64,000 nt of DNA from an uncultured Gammaproteobacteria bacterium (lineage in GTDB: Bacteria; Patescibacteriota; Microgenomatia; JALYQM01): contig CAZHTP010000001.1 in NCBI GenBank assembly GCA_964535655.1, positions 98,573 to 162,572 on the forward strand, read 5' to 3'. The notes beneath the pieces were generated by a model, which saw only the letters and a list, made by a program, of their open reading frames with translations, was not told where the DNA came from and searched no databases. The stretch's first letter is position 1. Each line of letters starts with the position of its first letter. This document shows, piece after piece, positions 1-9,634 of this stretch. Both the position numbers and the translations under genes were made by a program.

Positions 1-1970
1 TTAATCTTGATGGGACTCCTGTTACCAATCTTCCCGTTACTCTTCAGGGAGTAGTGGGGTTTCAGCGCGAGCTTAGCGCTCCATTAACGCAATACGTAAA
101 CGGTAAGGTCTATGTATTTGATCGTTGGTCTGATGGTGGGATTGCGAAACATTTTATTACCATGAAGCAGAACGCAACTTCGTACACTGCGTATTATAAA
201 GAAATACCTCCATTTAAGGGTGAGTATTTTAATAATATGAACTTAAGTGGTACTCCAGCTAAAACACAAAATGATCCGATAATTAATTTTGATTGGCAAG
301 GCAATGCTCCTTTGAGTGGGGTTAATGCAGATAGGTTCTCCGTTCGTTGGACGCGAACACAGTACTTCCCGGAAGGTAAGTATACTTTTACTACGACGAC
401 TGATGATGGGGTTAGGTTGTTTATTGATGATAAGCCAGTGATTGATGCTTGGGTGGACATGGGTGCAACGGATATTTCAGGAAAGATTGATTTAACAGCA
501 GGCAATCATTTGGTACGAATGGAATACTACGATAATTTACTTGCAGCTGTTGCCAGGCTAAATTGGACATTTGAGCCGACCGGAATTCAGCCGACTCCAA
601 CGCCTACTGCCTCACCAACTCCAAGTGTTGCTCCATCCCCTTCTGGATCACCATCAGATAGTGGGTTTAGCGCGGCATATTATAACCTGCCTGGAACAGG
701 CGCTTCGCCTGTTTTACCAACTGGAACGCCTAACCTTACTCGACAAGATGCGACAGTCGACTTCAACTGGGGGTATGGGGCGCCGAGTGCTGCAATAAAT
801 GCAGATCACTTTGGTGTGAGATGGACAAAGACACAGACTTTTGCTGGGGGTAATTATATATTTAATACTGTTTCTGATGATGGCGTGCGGCTTTATATTG
901 ATAATCAGCTGGTTATTGACCAGTGGAATGATCATAGTGAAACAAAACATACGGCACAAAAAACATTAACAGCAGGCAGCCACGACATTAACGTTGAATT
1001 TTATGACAATACTGAGGATGCTATTATTTTGATGTGGTGGGATCCAATTAATCAGCCAACACCAACGGGGACTGTTGCGCCATCTCCAACAGTTGCACCA
1101 ACTGCGTCACCAACTCCTGTAGCTGGATACACCGGTGAATATTGGAGTGTTCTAGGAACAGGAAGTAAACCAGTAATTCCAAGCCGCACAGCCGATTTTA
1201 CGCGAAGTGATGCTAATGTTAACTTTGACTTTGGGCAAGGTGGTCCAGGGGGTACCATTCCAGTTGATCACTTTATTGCTCGGTGGACAAAGGTTGATAC
1301 ATTTAGTGCTGGGACATATAGATTTACAACTGACTCTGATGATGGAATACGGTTGTATCTTGATAACACATTGATTCTTGATCAATGGAATGATCATGCA
1401 ACCACTACATATACTGCAGATGTTGTTTTAAATGCGGGTACGCATACGATTCGTTATGAATATTATGAAAACACCGGTGCTGCAGTTGCTAAATTAGGGT
1501 GGACTGTAATTAACGGGACTCCGGCACCAACTGCTTCGCCAATACCAACTATTTCACCGACCCCTACACCTCCGGTGGGAGGATATACCGGTCAATACTG
1601 GAATACTATTGGTACCGGACGCTCGCCACAATTCCCAACCGGAACGCCAGCGCTAACACGCAATGATGAAGTGATCAATTTTGATTTTGGATCCGGCTCG
1701 CCTGATGCGACCATTGATAACGAGCATTTTGTGGTACGATGGACGCGTAAAGAAACATTTACTGGTGGGACATATAGATTTACTACTGAGAGTGATGATG
1801 GGGTACGGGTTTATGTGGACGGGCAAATGATAATTGATGATTGGGTAGACCATGCTGTAAAAACTAATACTGTCGACAAGGCAATTACTGTCGGTGATCA
1901 TGACATAAAAGTGGAGTATTATGAAGACGGTGGTGGCGCAATCGCTAAGTTTAACTGGCTAAAACTGTAA
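1..1970 (+). CDS. Multi-PA14-domain surface/secreted protein, 5' truncated by the window edge
   Basis: Frame is open from base 3. Four repeats of G(E/Q)Y(W/F)N...(I/V)NFD(W/F)G.G.P...D.F..RWT...F..G.Y.F.T.(S/T)DDG(V/I)RL..D...IIDQW.DH...H.I..EYY(D/E), joined by Pro/Thr linkers. DDG is the PA14 signature. Confidence 0.9.
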   Translation, partial: NLDGTPVTNLPVTLQGVVGFQRELSAPLTQYVNGKVYVFDRWSDGGIAKHFITMKQNATSYTAYYKEIPPFKGEYFNNMNLSGTPAKTQNDPIINFDWQGNAPLSGVNADRFSVRWTRTQYFPEGKYTFTTTTDDGVRLFIDDKPVIDAWVDMGATDISGKIDLTAGNHLVRMEYYDNLLAAVARLNWTFEPTGIQPTPTPTASPTPSVAPSPSGSPSDSGFSAAYYNLPGTGASPVLPTGTPNLTRQDATVDFNWGYGAPSAAINADHFGVRWTKTQTFAGGNYIFNTVSDDGVRLYIDNQLVIDQWNDHSETKHTAQKTLTAGSHDINVEFYDNTEDAIILMWWDPINQPTPTGTVAPSPTVAPTASPTPVAGYTGEYWSVLGTGSKPVIPSRTADFTRSDANVNFDFGQGGPGGTIPVDHFIARWTKVDTFSAGTYRFTTDSDDGIRLYLDNTLILDQWNDHATTTYTADVVLNAGTHTIRYEYYENTGAAVAKLGWTVINGTPAPTASPIPTISPTPTPPVGGYTGQYWNTIGTGRSPQFPTGTPALTRNDEVINFDFGSGSPDATIDNEHFVVRWTRKETFTGGTYRFTTESDDGVRVYVDGQMIIDDWVDHAVKTNTVDKAITVGDHDIKVEYYEDGGGAIAKFNWLKL

Positions 1971-2059
1971 CATACCATTCAGGGCTTATTTATTGGCTTG
2001 ACACGACCTAACCAGTATATTATCTTATATATTGTATTATTGCTATAAGGTAATGTGGT

Positions 2060-3232
2060 ATGGATTATGTTACGCGTGAGCATTGGAATAGGATTTTTGC
2101 ACTTACTTCGGAAGCTATAATTTTTATAAATGATTCTGGGATAATTGAACTCATGAACCCGGCAGCTGAGAAGCTGACCGGATTCTCTGTGCAAGAAGCA
2201 CTTGGCAAATCAGTTCAAGAGGTGTTTGTTGTTGACGGACAAGCGGATTTACTTACTCATCCGGCACTTGGTGCGGCATCATACCGTGACGAACAAACAG
2301 AGCCTGAATATATTGAAGTTCTCCTTACTCGCCAGGATGGAGATTCAATTTGGGTGAGCTGTTCTTTTACGCGTATTGCAGCCGAAGAAGGAGGCGATAA
2401 GCTAGTAATTTTTGCTCGAAATATTAACGAAGCTAAAAAAGCCGAGCAGATGCGATCTGACTTTATTTCAATTGCTTCACATGAACTGCGGACTCCTCTT
2501 ACGGTTGTTGCGGGATATTTATCACTGCTTATTGCCGGTAAGGTGGGTAAATTGCAAGAGCAGCAAAGTAATTTTATTAAGCAGATTTATGATGATACAC
2601 AAAGTCTTTCGAGTTTAGTTGAAGATTTACTTGATGTATCACGATTGGATAGCGGGAAGTTTCGCTTACATAAAAGTGCCATGTCCCTATACGATATCTG
2701 CAAGAAAACTATTGATAGTTTGACGGATAAGGCGATAGAAAGAAATATTGGTATTGTGTATACTGCAGATAAGGTCATTCCGCCTTTTCATGGAGACAAG
2801 GCCAAAGTAAGACAAGTATTGACTAATGTTATTGATAATGCTATCAAATATACCAATCCAGGTGGAAAGATTCGGGTCGGATTGAAAGTTAGTGAGACTC
2901 AGTTTATTGTAACAGTTAGCGATAATGGCTATGGTATTGAAAAGAAAGATTTGCCACATATTTTTGAACGGTTTTATCGCAGTGAAAATAAGCTTTTGGA
3001 CCGTGTAACCGGTGCAGGACTTGGGCTTTATATAAGTAAAACGATTATAGAAATGCACGAAGGTAGTATACGTGTTGATAGTACCTTTGAAAAAGGTACG
3101 ACGTTTACGATATCATTACCGCGTGACTTAGCTTTTGAGCGGGGACAGACGATTCAACCTGTAGAGAAAGCACCAAACGCGTTTCAACAGTTTTTGGCTA
3201 ACTTTTTACACGGTAAACGTCGAAAGGAATAA
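2060..3232 (+). CDS. Cytoplasmic PAS-domain sensor histidine kinase
   Basis: PAS (MNPAAEKLTGFS), H-box SHELRTPL, N-box NVIDNAIKY, G1 DNGYGI, F-box IFERFYR, G2 GAGLGL. No TM segment. Confidence 0.93.
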   Translation: MDYVTREHWNRIFALTSEAIIFINDSGIIELMNPAAEKLTGFSVQEALGKSVQEVFVVDGQADLLTHPALGAASYRDEQTEPEYIEVLLTRQDGDSIWVSCSFTRIAAEEGGDKLVIFARNINEAKKAEQMRSDFISIASHELRTPLTVVAGYLSLLIAGKVGKLQEQQSNFIKQIYDDTQSLSSLVEDLLDVSRLDSGKFRLHKSAMSLYDICKKTIDSLTDKAIERNIGIVYTADKVIPPFHGDKAKVRQVLTNVIDNAIKYTNPGGKIRVGLKVSETQFIVTVSDNGYGIEKKDLPHIFERFYRSENKLLDRVTGAGLGLYISKTIIEMHEGSIRVDSTFEKGTTFTISLPRDLAFERGQTIQPVEKAPNAFQQFLANFLHGKRRKE

Positions 3233-3236
3233 TCTT

Positions 3237-3629
3237 ATGAGCGATGACAAAGTACGAGTATTACTGGTAGAAGATGACCCCCGCGTTAGACAGCTCTATG
3301 AGCTGGTGTTAACGATGGAAGAATATGAGGTTATTTGTGCGGTAAATGGAGAAGAAGGCTTACAGAAAGCTGAAGAGGATTCTCCAGATTTAATTTTCCT
3401 CGATTTGCGCATTCCTAAAATTAGTGGTTTGGATTTATTGCAGATGCTTCGGAATAATACCAAGACTGCGGACATTCCTGTCGTTATTCTTTCTAACTAC
3501 GACGATGAAGCAACAATTTCTAAGGGGTTAGAATTGGGTGCTAAAGAATATATTATAAAGTCACGCATTACACCAAAAGATCTTCCAACTAAAGTTGAAG
3601 AGTATGCTCCTGAACATAAAACAAAGTAA
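3237..3629 (+). CDS. Single-domain response regulator (receiver only)
   Basis: LLVEDD, PDLIFLDLRIPKISG, VILSN, GAKEYIIK. No output domain. Confidence 0.92.
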   Translation: MSDDKVRVLLVEDDPRVRQLYELVLTMEEYEVICAVNGEEGLQKAEEDSPDLIFLDLRIPKISGLDLLQMLRNNTKTADIPVVILSNYDDEATISKGLELGAKEYIIKSRITPKDLPTKVEEYAPEHKTK

Positions 3630-3697
3630 TTTGGGATTTTTGTGAAGAACATAGAGAGCAATTTTTAATTTCATTTTTTTTATTTTAGGCCAAGGCA

Positions 3698-3743
3698 AGG
3701 ACGAAGCGTACGCTTCGGCTCGTGCATGCGCACGCTTCGTCCT
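3698..3743. terminator. Strong inverted repeat between convergent genes
   Basis: aggacgaagcgt...acgcttcgtcct, 12-bp perfect arms that extend further with G-U pairs on the minus strand. Confidence 0.5.
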
Positions 3744-3771
3744 GTTAGACGCGGGTGGGAATGATTAGTTC

Positions 3772-4665
3772 CTAGTCGCGCGGGTCGGAGTGATTGGAAC
3801 TATCATCTGTGCCTGGGCCAAGCTTGGTTTCGGCCTGATACGAAACGCTGATCGTGGGTGCGACCGAAAGCTGCGTTCCGTCATCTGCATAGAGTGTTGC
3901 CTCCATGACAATAGTGCGAGTTGCACTGTCGTCAGGCAAACCACTAACCTCATTGACTGGCATTCCTGGCCACTGCCAGTAAATGTTGAACCCAGTCGAT
4001 CCGGCTTGTATATTGAATGTGGTAGGCCCCTGGATAACCCGGCCGTTTTCTGTTACCTGCCAAGTAACGTATCCGGTGCCAGTGCTTAAACTGACGGTTC
4101 CTGGGGTGGATTGGGTCTCGACGCCGGTCGCGCTGGTGAGATAGCTGAAATAGCCTACGTTGTAGGTAAACGATCCCGAAGGTGCTGGTGGGATGACATT
4201 GGTTGTGGTAGGCGCAGGTGTAGCTGCGGATGCGGGGGCGCTATACTGCGTTCCGTTGGTCACCCAACCGCTACTGGTATGAAACCAGTTTGGTTGGATA
4301 CCACCGTTGGTCGCCTCGCAGTTCAGCTCAGTCGATGCGGCGAAACAGCGTCGGTCGTCGACAGAGTAGGCGCCCTCACCAATGGTGCCTCCGGTTGCGT
4401 CTCCGCCCGGACCGTAAAATGTTGCGGCGGATTGATTGCATGCAACATAAAAGGTCGCAAAGTCAGAGCTATTGCCAGTGAACGAGGGGCAAGTCGCGGT
4501 GGGCTCGGCCTTGGGGGCGGCGGTTGCCACAGGCACGGCTGGTGGTGCGTAGGTGGGCACGGGTCCTTTCGGGCCTGCGTCCTCTGGATCGGCCGGTTTT
4601 GCCCAGGTGGTAGAAACGAACGCGAACACAATCGCGATCGCGAGTAAAAGTGTGATCCGTTTCAA
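3772..4665 (-). CDS. Secreted Thr/Pro/Ala-rich hypothetical protein
   Basis: AAGGAG lies 7 nt before TTG at 4665. Signal-peptide-like N-terminus (KRITLLLAIAIVFAFVSTTWA), four Cys, PT/PA linkers. GC is visibly above the flanks. Confidence 0.7.
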   Translation of the reverse strand: MKRITLLLAIAIVFAFVSTTWAKPADPEDAGPKGPVPTYAPPAVPVATAAPKAEPTATCPSFTGNSSDFATFYVACNQSAATFYGPGGDATGGTIGEGAYSVDDRRCFAASTELNCEATNGGIQPNWFHTSSGWVTNGTQYSAPASAATPAPTTTNVIPPAPSGSFTYNVGYFSYLTSATGVETQSTPGTVSLSTGTGYVTWQVTENGRVIQGPTTFNIQAGSTGFNIYWQWPGMPVNEVSGLPDDSATRTIVMEATLYADDGTQLSVAPTISVSYQAETKLGPGTDDSSNHSDPRD

Positions 4666-4969
4666 GGTAAGTCTCCTTATTCTTACAACGCGAATGCGTT
4701 GCATTTTGATTAGTCCGACGCGTACGGCAGTTCCCTTGCGCTTGGCTATGTAGCCAATTGTTCCCCTTGGGGGGGATTGTATTCGCAAAGAAAAGTGGAG
4801 AGATGGGGCCAAAAATTAGCCTCATTTTTCCACTTTTCTTAGGAATAGCTTTACAAATGAAATTTTTATATATTGCTCTCTATGTTAAAGAACAAATTCG
4901 GCGACAAGTGTCGCTAAGTCTTATCAACCGTAAACTTCTAAAATGAAGTGAGGTCGATTTGACCGAGTT

Positions 4970-4999
4970 ATTATACTATAGGATAGTTGTTTTTGTCAA
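4970..4999 (-). promoter_or_regulatory. Consensus sigma70-type promoter
   Basis: Minus strand reads TTGACA-N18-TATAAT. Confidence 0.7.
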
Positions 5000-5020
5000 C
5001 ACTATGGGATTTACTATTAG

Positions 5021-5323
5021 CTACGCAGGGAGTTTGAATTCCGGAAAGATTTCTTTAATCTTTGGCTCATTTTTGTCGCCAAGGCTTTCGAGTATCTCAA
5101 ATACAGTTCGTACTCCAGCTAAATTTAGCCCTTTTTTACGGGTAAGATATTGAATGAATCGCAAGCGATCAATGTCTGCTGGGCTATAGCGGCGGCGATT
5201 GGTTTTTGTGCGGTGAGGAATTACTAAATTTTCATTTTCGTATAGCATTAGTGTACGTTGATGTACACCAATAATCTCGGCGGCAATCGACAAAGTGAAT
5301 AAGGGTTTAGTATTTGTATTCAT
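5021..5323 (-). CDS. hspR: MerR-family regulator, HspR-like
   Basis: PLFTLSIAAEIIGVHQRTLMLYE...PHRT...RRYS..DI.RL..IQYLTRKKGLNLAGV matches HspR. Divergent from the dnaK operon. Confidence 0.75.
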   Translation of the reverse strand: MNTNTKPLFTLSIAAEIIGVHQRTLMLYENENLVIPHRTKTNRRRYSPADIDRLRFIQYLTRKKGLNLAGVRTVFEILESLGDKNEPKIKEIFPEFKLPA

Positions 5324-5435
5324 AATATTTATAATTCTTACAATATTACTAATATATATTAGTGAGAAACAAAATGTAAAGACTCACAAAATGTTATAGC
5401 ATTGTTTATTTTTAGTGTATAGTAACTTTTTTGTC

Positions 5436-5473
5436 TTGACAAGAGTTTAGCAGTCGATTTATACTATTGCTAG
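5436..5473 (+). promoter_or_regulatory. hrcA promoter overlapped by a CIRCE operator
   Basis: TTGACA (5436)-N18-TATACT (5460). TTAGCAGTC-N9-TATTGCTAG (5447-5473) versus CIRCE consensus TTAGCACTC-N9-GAGTGCTAA. Confidence 0.75.
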
Positions 5474-5512
5474 ATTTTGAGTTGTATTTTTGATTAAATA
5501 TTGGAGAAACCT

Positions 5513-6244
5513 ATGCGTGATTTGTCCCCTCGGCAGTTGAAAATCCTACAGGCCATAGTAGAAGAACATGTAGCGACTGGAACTGCAGTGGGGTCGGAAA
5601 CTATCGAAAAGAAATATAAGCTTGGAGTTTCACCTGCGACAGTGCGTAATGAGATGGTGAAGCTTGTTGAAATGGGGTATTTAAAACAGCCGCATACATC
5701 GGCTGGACGTGTTCCGACAACTGTTGCGCTTCGACTGTATATTCAGGAAATTATGAAGGAAAAGCAGCTATCAGTGCGCGAAGAGGTGCAAATTAAGCAA
5801 CAATTGTGGGATCAGCGGTTTGACTACGAGCGGTTAATGCGCCATGCGACCTTGGTTCTTGCTGATAGTACTCGGCTTTTAGGGATTGCGATTACTGGTG
5901 ACGACGATATTTTTTATGCTGGTGCTGCCAATATTTTGGATATTCCGGAGTTTTTTGATATTGATGTAACTAAAACAGTACTGTCATTACTTGACCGGCA
6001 TGAATCTTTATTGGAGCTTATTAAAACACGAGTGACCGATGACCCCGTTAAGGTGCTTTTGGGGGAGGAGCTGGATATGCACTACCTTGAGCCGTGTGGA
6101 TTTGTGTTTACTGGATTTCGGGCGGGAAAATATGGTAGTGGGATGGTTGGTATTATTGGCCCTTCGCGGTTAAATTACCCTCATGTCGTACCAACGGTGC
6201 GATATTTTGGGAACTTGATTAGTGAAGTAGGACGGAACTGGTAA
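5513..6244 (+). CDS. hrcA: Heat-inducible transcription repressor HrcA (short form)
   Basis: VGSETI, VSPATVRNEM..L...GYL.QPHTSAGRVPT, C-terminal GIIGPSRLNY. ATG follows GGAG. Confidence 0.95.
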   Translation: MRDLSPRQLKILQAIVEEHVATGTAVGSETIEKKYKLGVSPATVRNEMVKLVEMGYLKQPHTSAGRVPTTVALRLYIQEIMKEKQLSVREEVQIKQQLWDQRFDYERLMRHATLVLADSTRLLGIAITGDDDIFYAGAANILDIPEFFDIDVTKTVLSLLDRHESLLELIKTRVTDDPVKVLLGEELDMHYLEPCGFVFTGFRAGKYGSGMVGIIGPSRLNYPHVVPTVRYFGNLISEVGRNW

Positions 6245-6293
6245 TTCATTTTATATTGATTATTTATTACATACTATTTAGTTAGGGGGAATT

Positions 6294-6824
6294 ATGGACG
6301 ACACACAGAATAAAAATGATGCTGTCCAAGATGATGTTATTGATACCGATGAAGGTACTACAGATTCTGGTGATGATGTGGTGCAAAAGCTCATGGCACA
6401 GAACGAAGATTTGACTAATAAATGGAAGCGAGCAGTTGCTGACTACCAAAATCTTGAGAAGCAGGTGCGTCGCGAGAAAAGCGAATTTATGCAGTTTGCG
6501 ACCATGAATGTTATTGTGCAGTTTTTGCCAATCTTGGATAATTTAGAGCAAGCATTGGGCGGAATGAAAGATGAGGAGAAAAAGAGCGGTTGGGCTGTGG
6601 GGGTGCTGATGACTGCTAAGCAGTTTAAAGATATGCTTAAAGAGGAAGGGCTAACTGAAATTAAAGCAGAAGGTGAGGAATTTGACGCTCATAAAATGGA
6701 GCCAGTAGATACAGTGGAAGGTGAGAAAAATAAAGTTATCACAGTTATTAAAAAAGGATATGAAGGGTTTGGAAAAGTGGTAAGACCAGCTCAGGTAATT
6801 ATTGGAAAAGGAATGAATAGTTAG
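6294..6824 (+). CDS. grpE: Nucleotide exchange factor GrpE
   Basis: RAVADYQNLEK, LPILDNLE.A, KGY....VVRPAQV. Lies between hrcA and dnaK. Confidence 0.95.
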   Translation: MDDTQNKNDAVQDDVIDTDEGTTDSGDDVVQKLMAQNEDLTNKWKRAVADYQNLEKQVRREKSEFMQFATMNVIVQFLPILDNLEQALGGMKDEEKKSGWAVGVLMTAKQFKDMLKEEGLTEIKAEGEEFDAHKMEPVDTVEGEKNKVITVIKKGYEGFGKVVRPAQVIIGKGMNS

Positions 6825-6870
6825 TCGGGGTTTATTGAAATAAAATTTTATTATTTAAAGGAGTTATTTT

Positions 6871-8769
6871 ATGTCAAGAATAATTGGTATTGACCTTGGA
6901 ACAACCAACTCCTGCGTAGCAGTGATGGAAGGTGGAAAGCCAAAGGTTATTCATAGCGCAGAAGGACGCAATGTTATTCCTTCTGTTGTTGAAGTGGTTA
7001 AACATATTGTAGGGGATGTTGCAAAACGTCAAATGATTGTTAACCCTGAAACAACAATTTTTTCAGTTAAGCGGTTAATGGGGCATAAGCTTCATGACGC
7101 TTCCGTTCAGAAAGATTTAAAGCAGTTACCTTATAAAGTTGTTGCTGGGCGTGATGATATGGCCGATGTAGAAGTACAAGGAAGAACCTATACTCCGCAA
7201 GAGGTTTCTGCGATGATTTTGCAAAAGATCAAGGCCGATGCGGAGGCATACCTTGGCGAAAAAGTAACTCAAGCGGTTATTACGGTTCCTGCTTATTTTG
7301 ACGACGCACAGCGCCAGGCTACTAAGCAGGCTGGAGAAATTGCAGGCTTAGAAGTAAAGCGTATTATTAACGAGCCGACGGCTGCAGCACTTGCATATGG
7401 TTTAGATAAGTCTAATGCGCATACTATTTTGGTGTATGACCTTGGTGGTGGAACGTTTGATGTTTCGGTTTTGGAATTGGGAGAAGGTGTCTATGAAGTT
7501 CGGTCAACATCAGGAGACACACATCTGGGTGGCGATGACTTTGATCAAAAAATTATTGATTGGTTGATTGCTGAATTTAAGAATGAGCAGGGCGTTGATC
7601 TTTCAAAAGACAAGCAGGCATTACAACGCTTAAAGGATGCGGCCGAAAAGGCAAAGATTGAACTGTCTTCGTCACAAGAAGCTGAGATTTCGCTGCCGTT
7701 TGTAACGGCTGATGCTTCGGGACCTAAGCATTTGCAGATGAAGCTATCTCGCGCTAAGCTTGAACAGCTTGTTGGTGATTTGGTTGATCGCACCTTTAAT
7801 GCTGTCAAAACTGCATTAAAAGATGCTGGACTTGAAACTTCTAAAATTGACGAAATAGTGTTGGTTGGTGGTATGACCCGTATGCCAGCGGTTCAGGAAG
7901 CGGTCAAGAAGTTTTTTGGAAAAGATACCCATAAAGGGATTAATCCTGATGAGGTTGTGGCGATTGGTGCGGCTATCCAAGGGGGAGTATTAGGTGGAGA
8001 AGTTAAAGATGTATTGTTACTTGATGTTACTCCGCTTTCACTTGGTATTGAAACTTTGGGTGGCGTTTCAACTAAATTAATAGAAAAGAACACGACTATT
8101 CCAACTTCTAAGTCGCAGGTGTTTTCAACCGCTGCTGATAACCAAACATCGGTTGAAGTGCATGTGCTGCAAGGTGAGCGCGAATTTGCTGCCGATAATA
8201 AGTCGCTGGGTCGCTTTATTCTTGATGGTATTCCACCCGCACCACGCGGCGTTCCTCAGGTTGAAGTTACGTTTGATATCGACGCAAACGGTATCTTAAA
8301 TGTTTCAGCCAAAGAGAAGCAGAGTGGCAAGGAACAGAAAATTACGATTACCGGTTCAACCGGATTGTCTAAAGATGAAGTTACTCGTATGCAGCAGGAA
8401 GCCGAGCAGCATGCAGAGGAAGACAAAAAGAAGAAGGAAGAAGTAGAAACTCGTAACCATGCCGATTCACTCGTCTTTACCGCCGAGAAAGCATTGAAAG
8501 ATGCTGAAGGAAAAATCCCTGATGATGTAAAAAAAGAGGTACAAAGTAAAATTGATGAGTTAAAACCAATTGTTCATACGGGTTCTGTAGAAGAAGTGAA
8601 AATGAAAACCGAAAGCTTATCTGCCACCATTCAAAAGATTGGTTCAGCGATGTATGCTACTCCAGGCGCGGGTGCCGCACCAGGTTCTGATCCGGGAGCT
8701 TCAGCTGGAGCAAGCGATGGAGCAGGAGATGATAAGAAAGATGCACAAGAAGGTGAAGTGGTAGGGTAA
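6871..8769 (+). CDS. dnaK: Chaperone DnaK
   Basis: [53 protein letters not shown]. Confidence 0.99.
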   Translation: MSRIIGIDLGTTNSCVAVMEGGKPKVIHSAEGRNVIPSVVEVVKHIVGDVAKRQMIVNPETTIFSVKRLMGHKLHDASVQKDLKQLPYKVVAGRDDMADVEVQGRTYTPQEVSAMILQKIKADAEAYLGEKVTQAVITVPAYFDDAQRQATKQAGEIAGLEVKRIINEPTAAALAYGLDKSNAHTILVYDLGGGTFDVSVLELGEGVYEVRSTSGDTHLGGDDFDQKIIDWLIAEFKNEQGVDLSKDKQALQRLKDAAEKAKIELSSSQEAEISLPFVTADASGPKHLQMKLSRAKLEQLVGDLVDRTFNAVKTALKDAGLETSKIDEIVLVGGMTRMPAVQEAVKKFFGKDTHKGINPDEVVAIGAAIQGGVLGGEVKDVLLLDVTPLSLGIETLGGVSTKLIEKNTTIPTSKSQVFSTAADNQTSVEVHVLQGEREFAADNKSLGRFILDGIPPAPRGVPQVEVTFDIDANGILNVSAKEKQSGKEQKITITGSTGLSKDEVTRMQQEAEQHAEEDKKKKEEVETRNHADSLVFTAEKALKDAEGKIPDDVKKEVQSKIDELKPIVHTGSVEEVKMKTESLSATIQKIGSAMYATPGAGAAPGSDPGASAGASDGAGDDKKDAQEGEVVG

Positions 8770-8771
8770 AT

Positions 8772-9632
8772 ATGGCTGATTATTACGCAACACTTGGTGT
8801 TGCACGAACCGCTACTCCTGAAGAAATAAAGAAAGCCTATCGGGGATTGGTGCGCAAGCACCACCCCGATGTGGATAAATCCGCTGATGCCGAAAAAAAG
8901 TTCAAGGAGATTTCTAATGCGTATGAAGTGTTGTCTGATCCACAGAAACGTCAAACATATGATCAATTTGGCAGTGCCGCTTTTGAAGGAAACGCAGCAG
9001 GTGGTGCGAGTTATGGAGGAAATCCATTTGGAGGTGGTAATCCGTTTGGTGGAGCTGGAGGGTATCAGTATTCGTATTCATCAAGTGGTGACTTTGATCC
9101 TTTTGATGTTTTAAACTCTTTTTTTGGGGGAGGAAGCCCCTTTGGAGGTGGTGCTGGGGGTAAACGTGCCCAACGGACACCCACGTATCAAATTCAGATA
9201 AGTTTTGATGATGCAGTGCATGGAGTGGAGAAGGAAGTTTCGATTGAAGGGAAGTCGCGTAAGATTAAAATTCCGGCAGGGGTTGACGACGGAACGCGGA
9301 TTAAGTTTGATGATTTTTCGTTAATTGTTTCAGTTTTACCTTCAGAAATTTTTCAACGAGACGGCTTTGATGTAATCGTTGAAAAAGAGATCCCGTTTGT
9401 TTTGGCAACGCTTGGTGGATCAACTCTGGTACCAACAGTTGATGGCGATGTGGAGCTAAAAATTCAGCCTGGTACGCAACCTGGTACAGTGGTGAGACTT
9501 GGAGGGCGTGGAATAAAGTCAACACGAGGTAATGCGCGGGGAGATGAGTATGTTAAATTTATTGTGAAGGTACCAACAAAGCTTTCAAATAAAGCTAAAA
9601 AACTGGTAGAAGAGTTACAGAAAGAACTATAA
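8772..9632 (+). CDS. dnaJ: DnaJ co-chaperone, class B (no Zn finger)
   Basis: J-domain with HPD, G/F-rich region and C-terminal domain. No CxxCxGxG repeats. Confidence 0.9.
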   Translation: MADYYATLGVARTATPEEIKKAYRGLVRKHHPDVDKSADAEKKFKEISNAYEVLSDPQKRQTYDQFGSAAFEGNAAGGASYGGNPFGGGNPFGGAGGYQYSYSSSGDFDPFDVLNSFFGGGSPFGGGAGGKRAQRTPTYQIQISFDDAVHGVEKEVSIEGKSRKIKIPAGVDDGTRIKFDDFSLIVSVLPSEIFQRDGFDVIVEKEIPFVLATLGGSTLVPTVDGDVELKIQPGTQPGTVVRLGGRGIKSTRGNARGDEYVKFIVKVPTKLSNKAKKLVEELQKEL

Positions 9633-9634
9633 TT

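Noticed and set aside
3790-4946. Several overlapping alternative-frame ORFs
   Set aside because: Shadow ORFs caused by locally high GC. Only the minus-strand frame has an RBS and a signal peptide.
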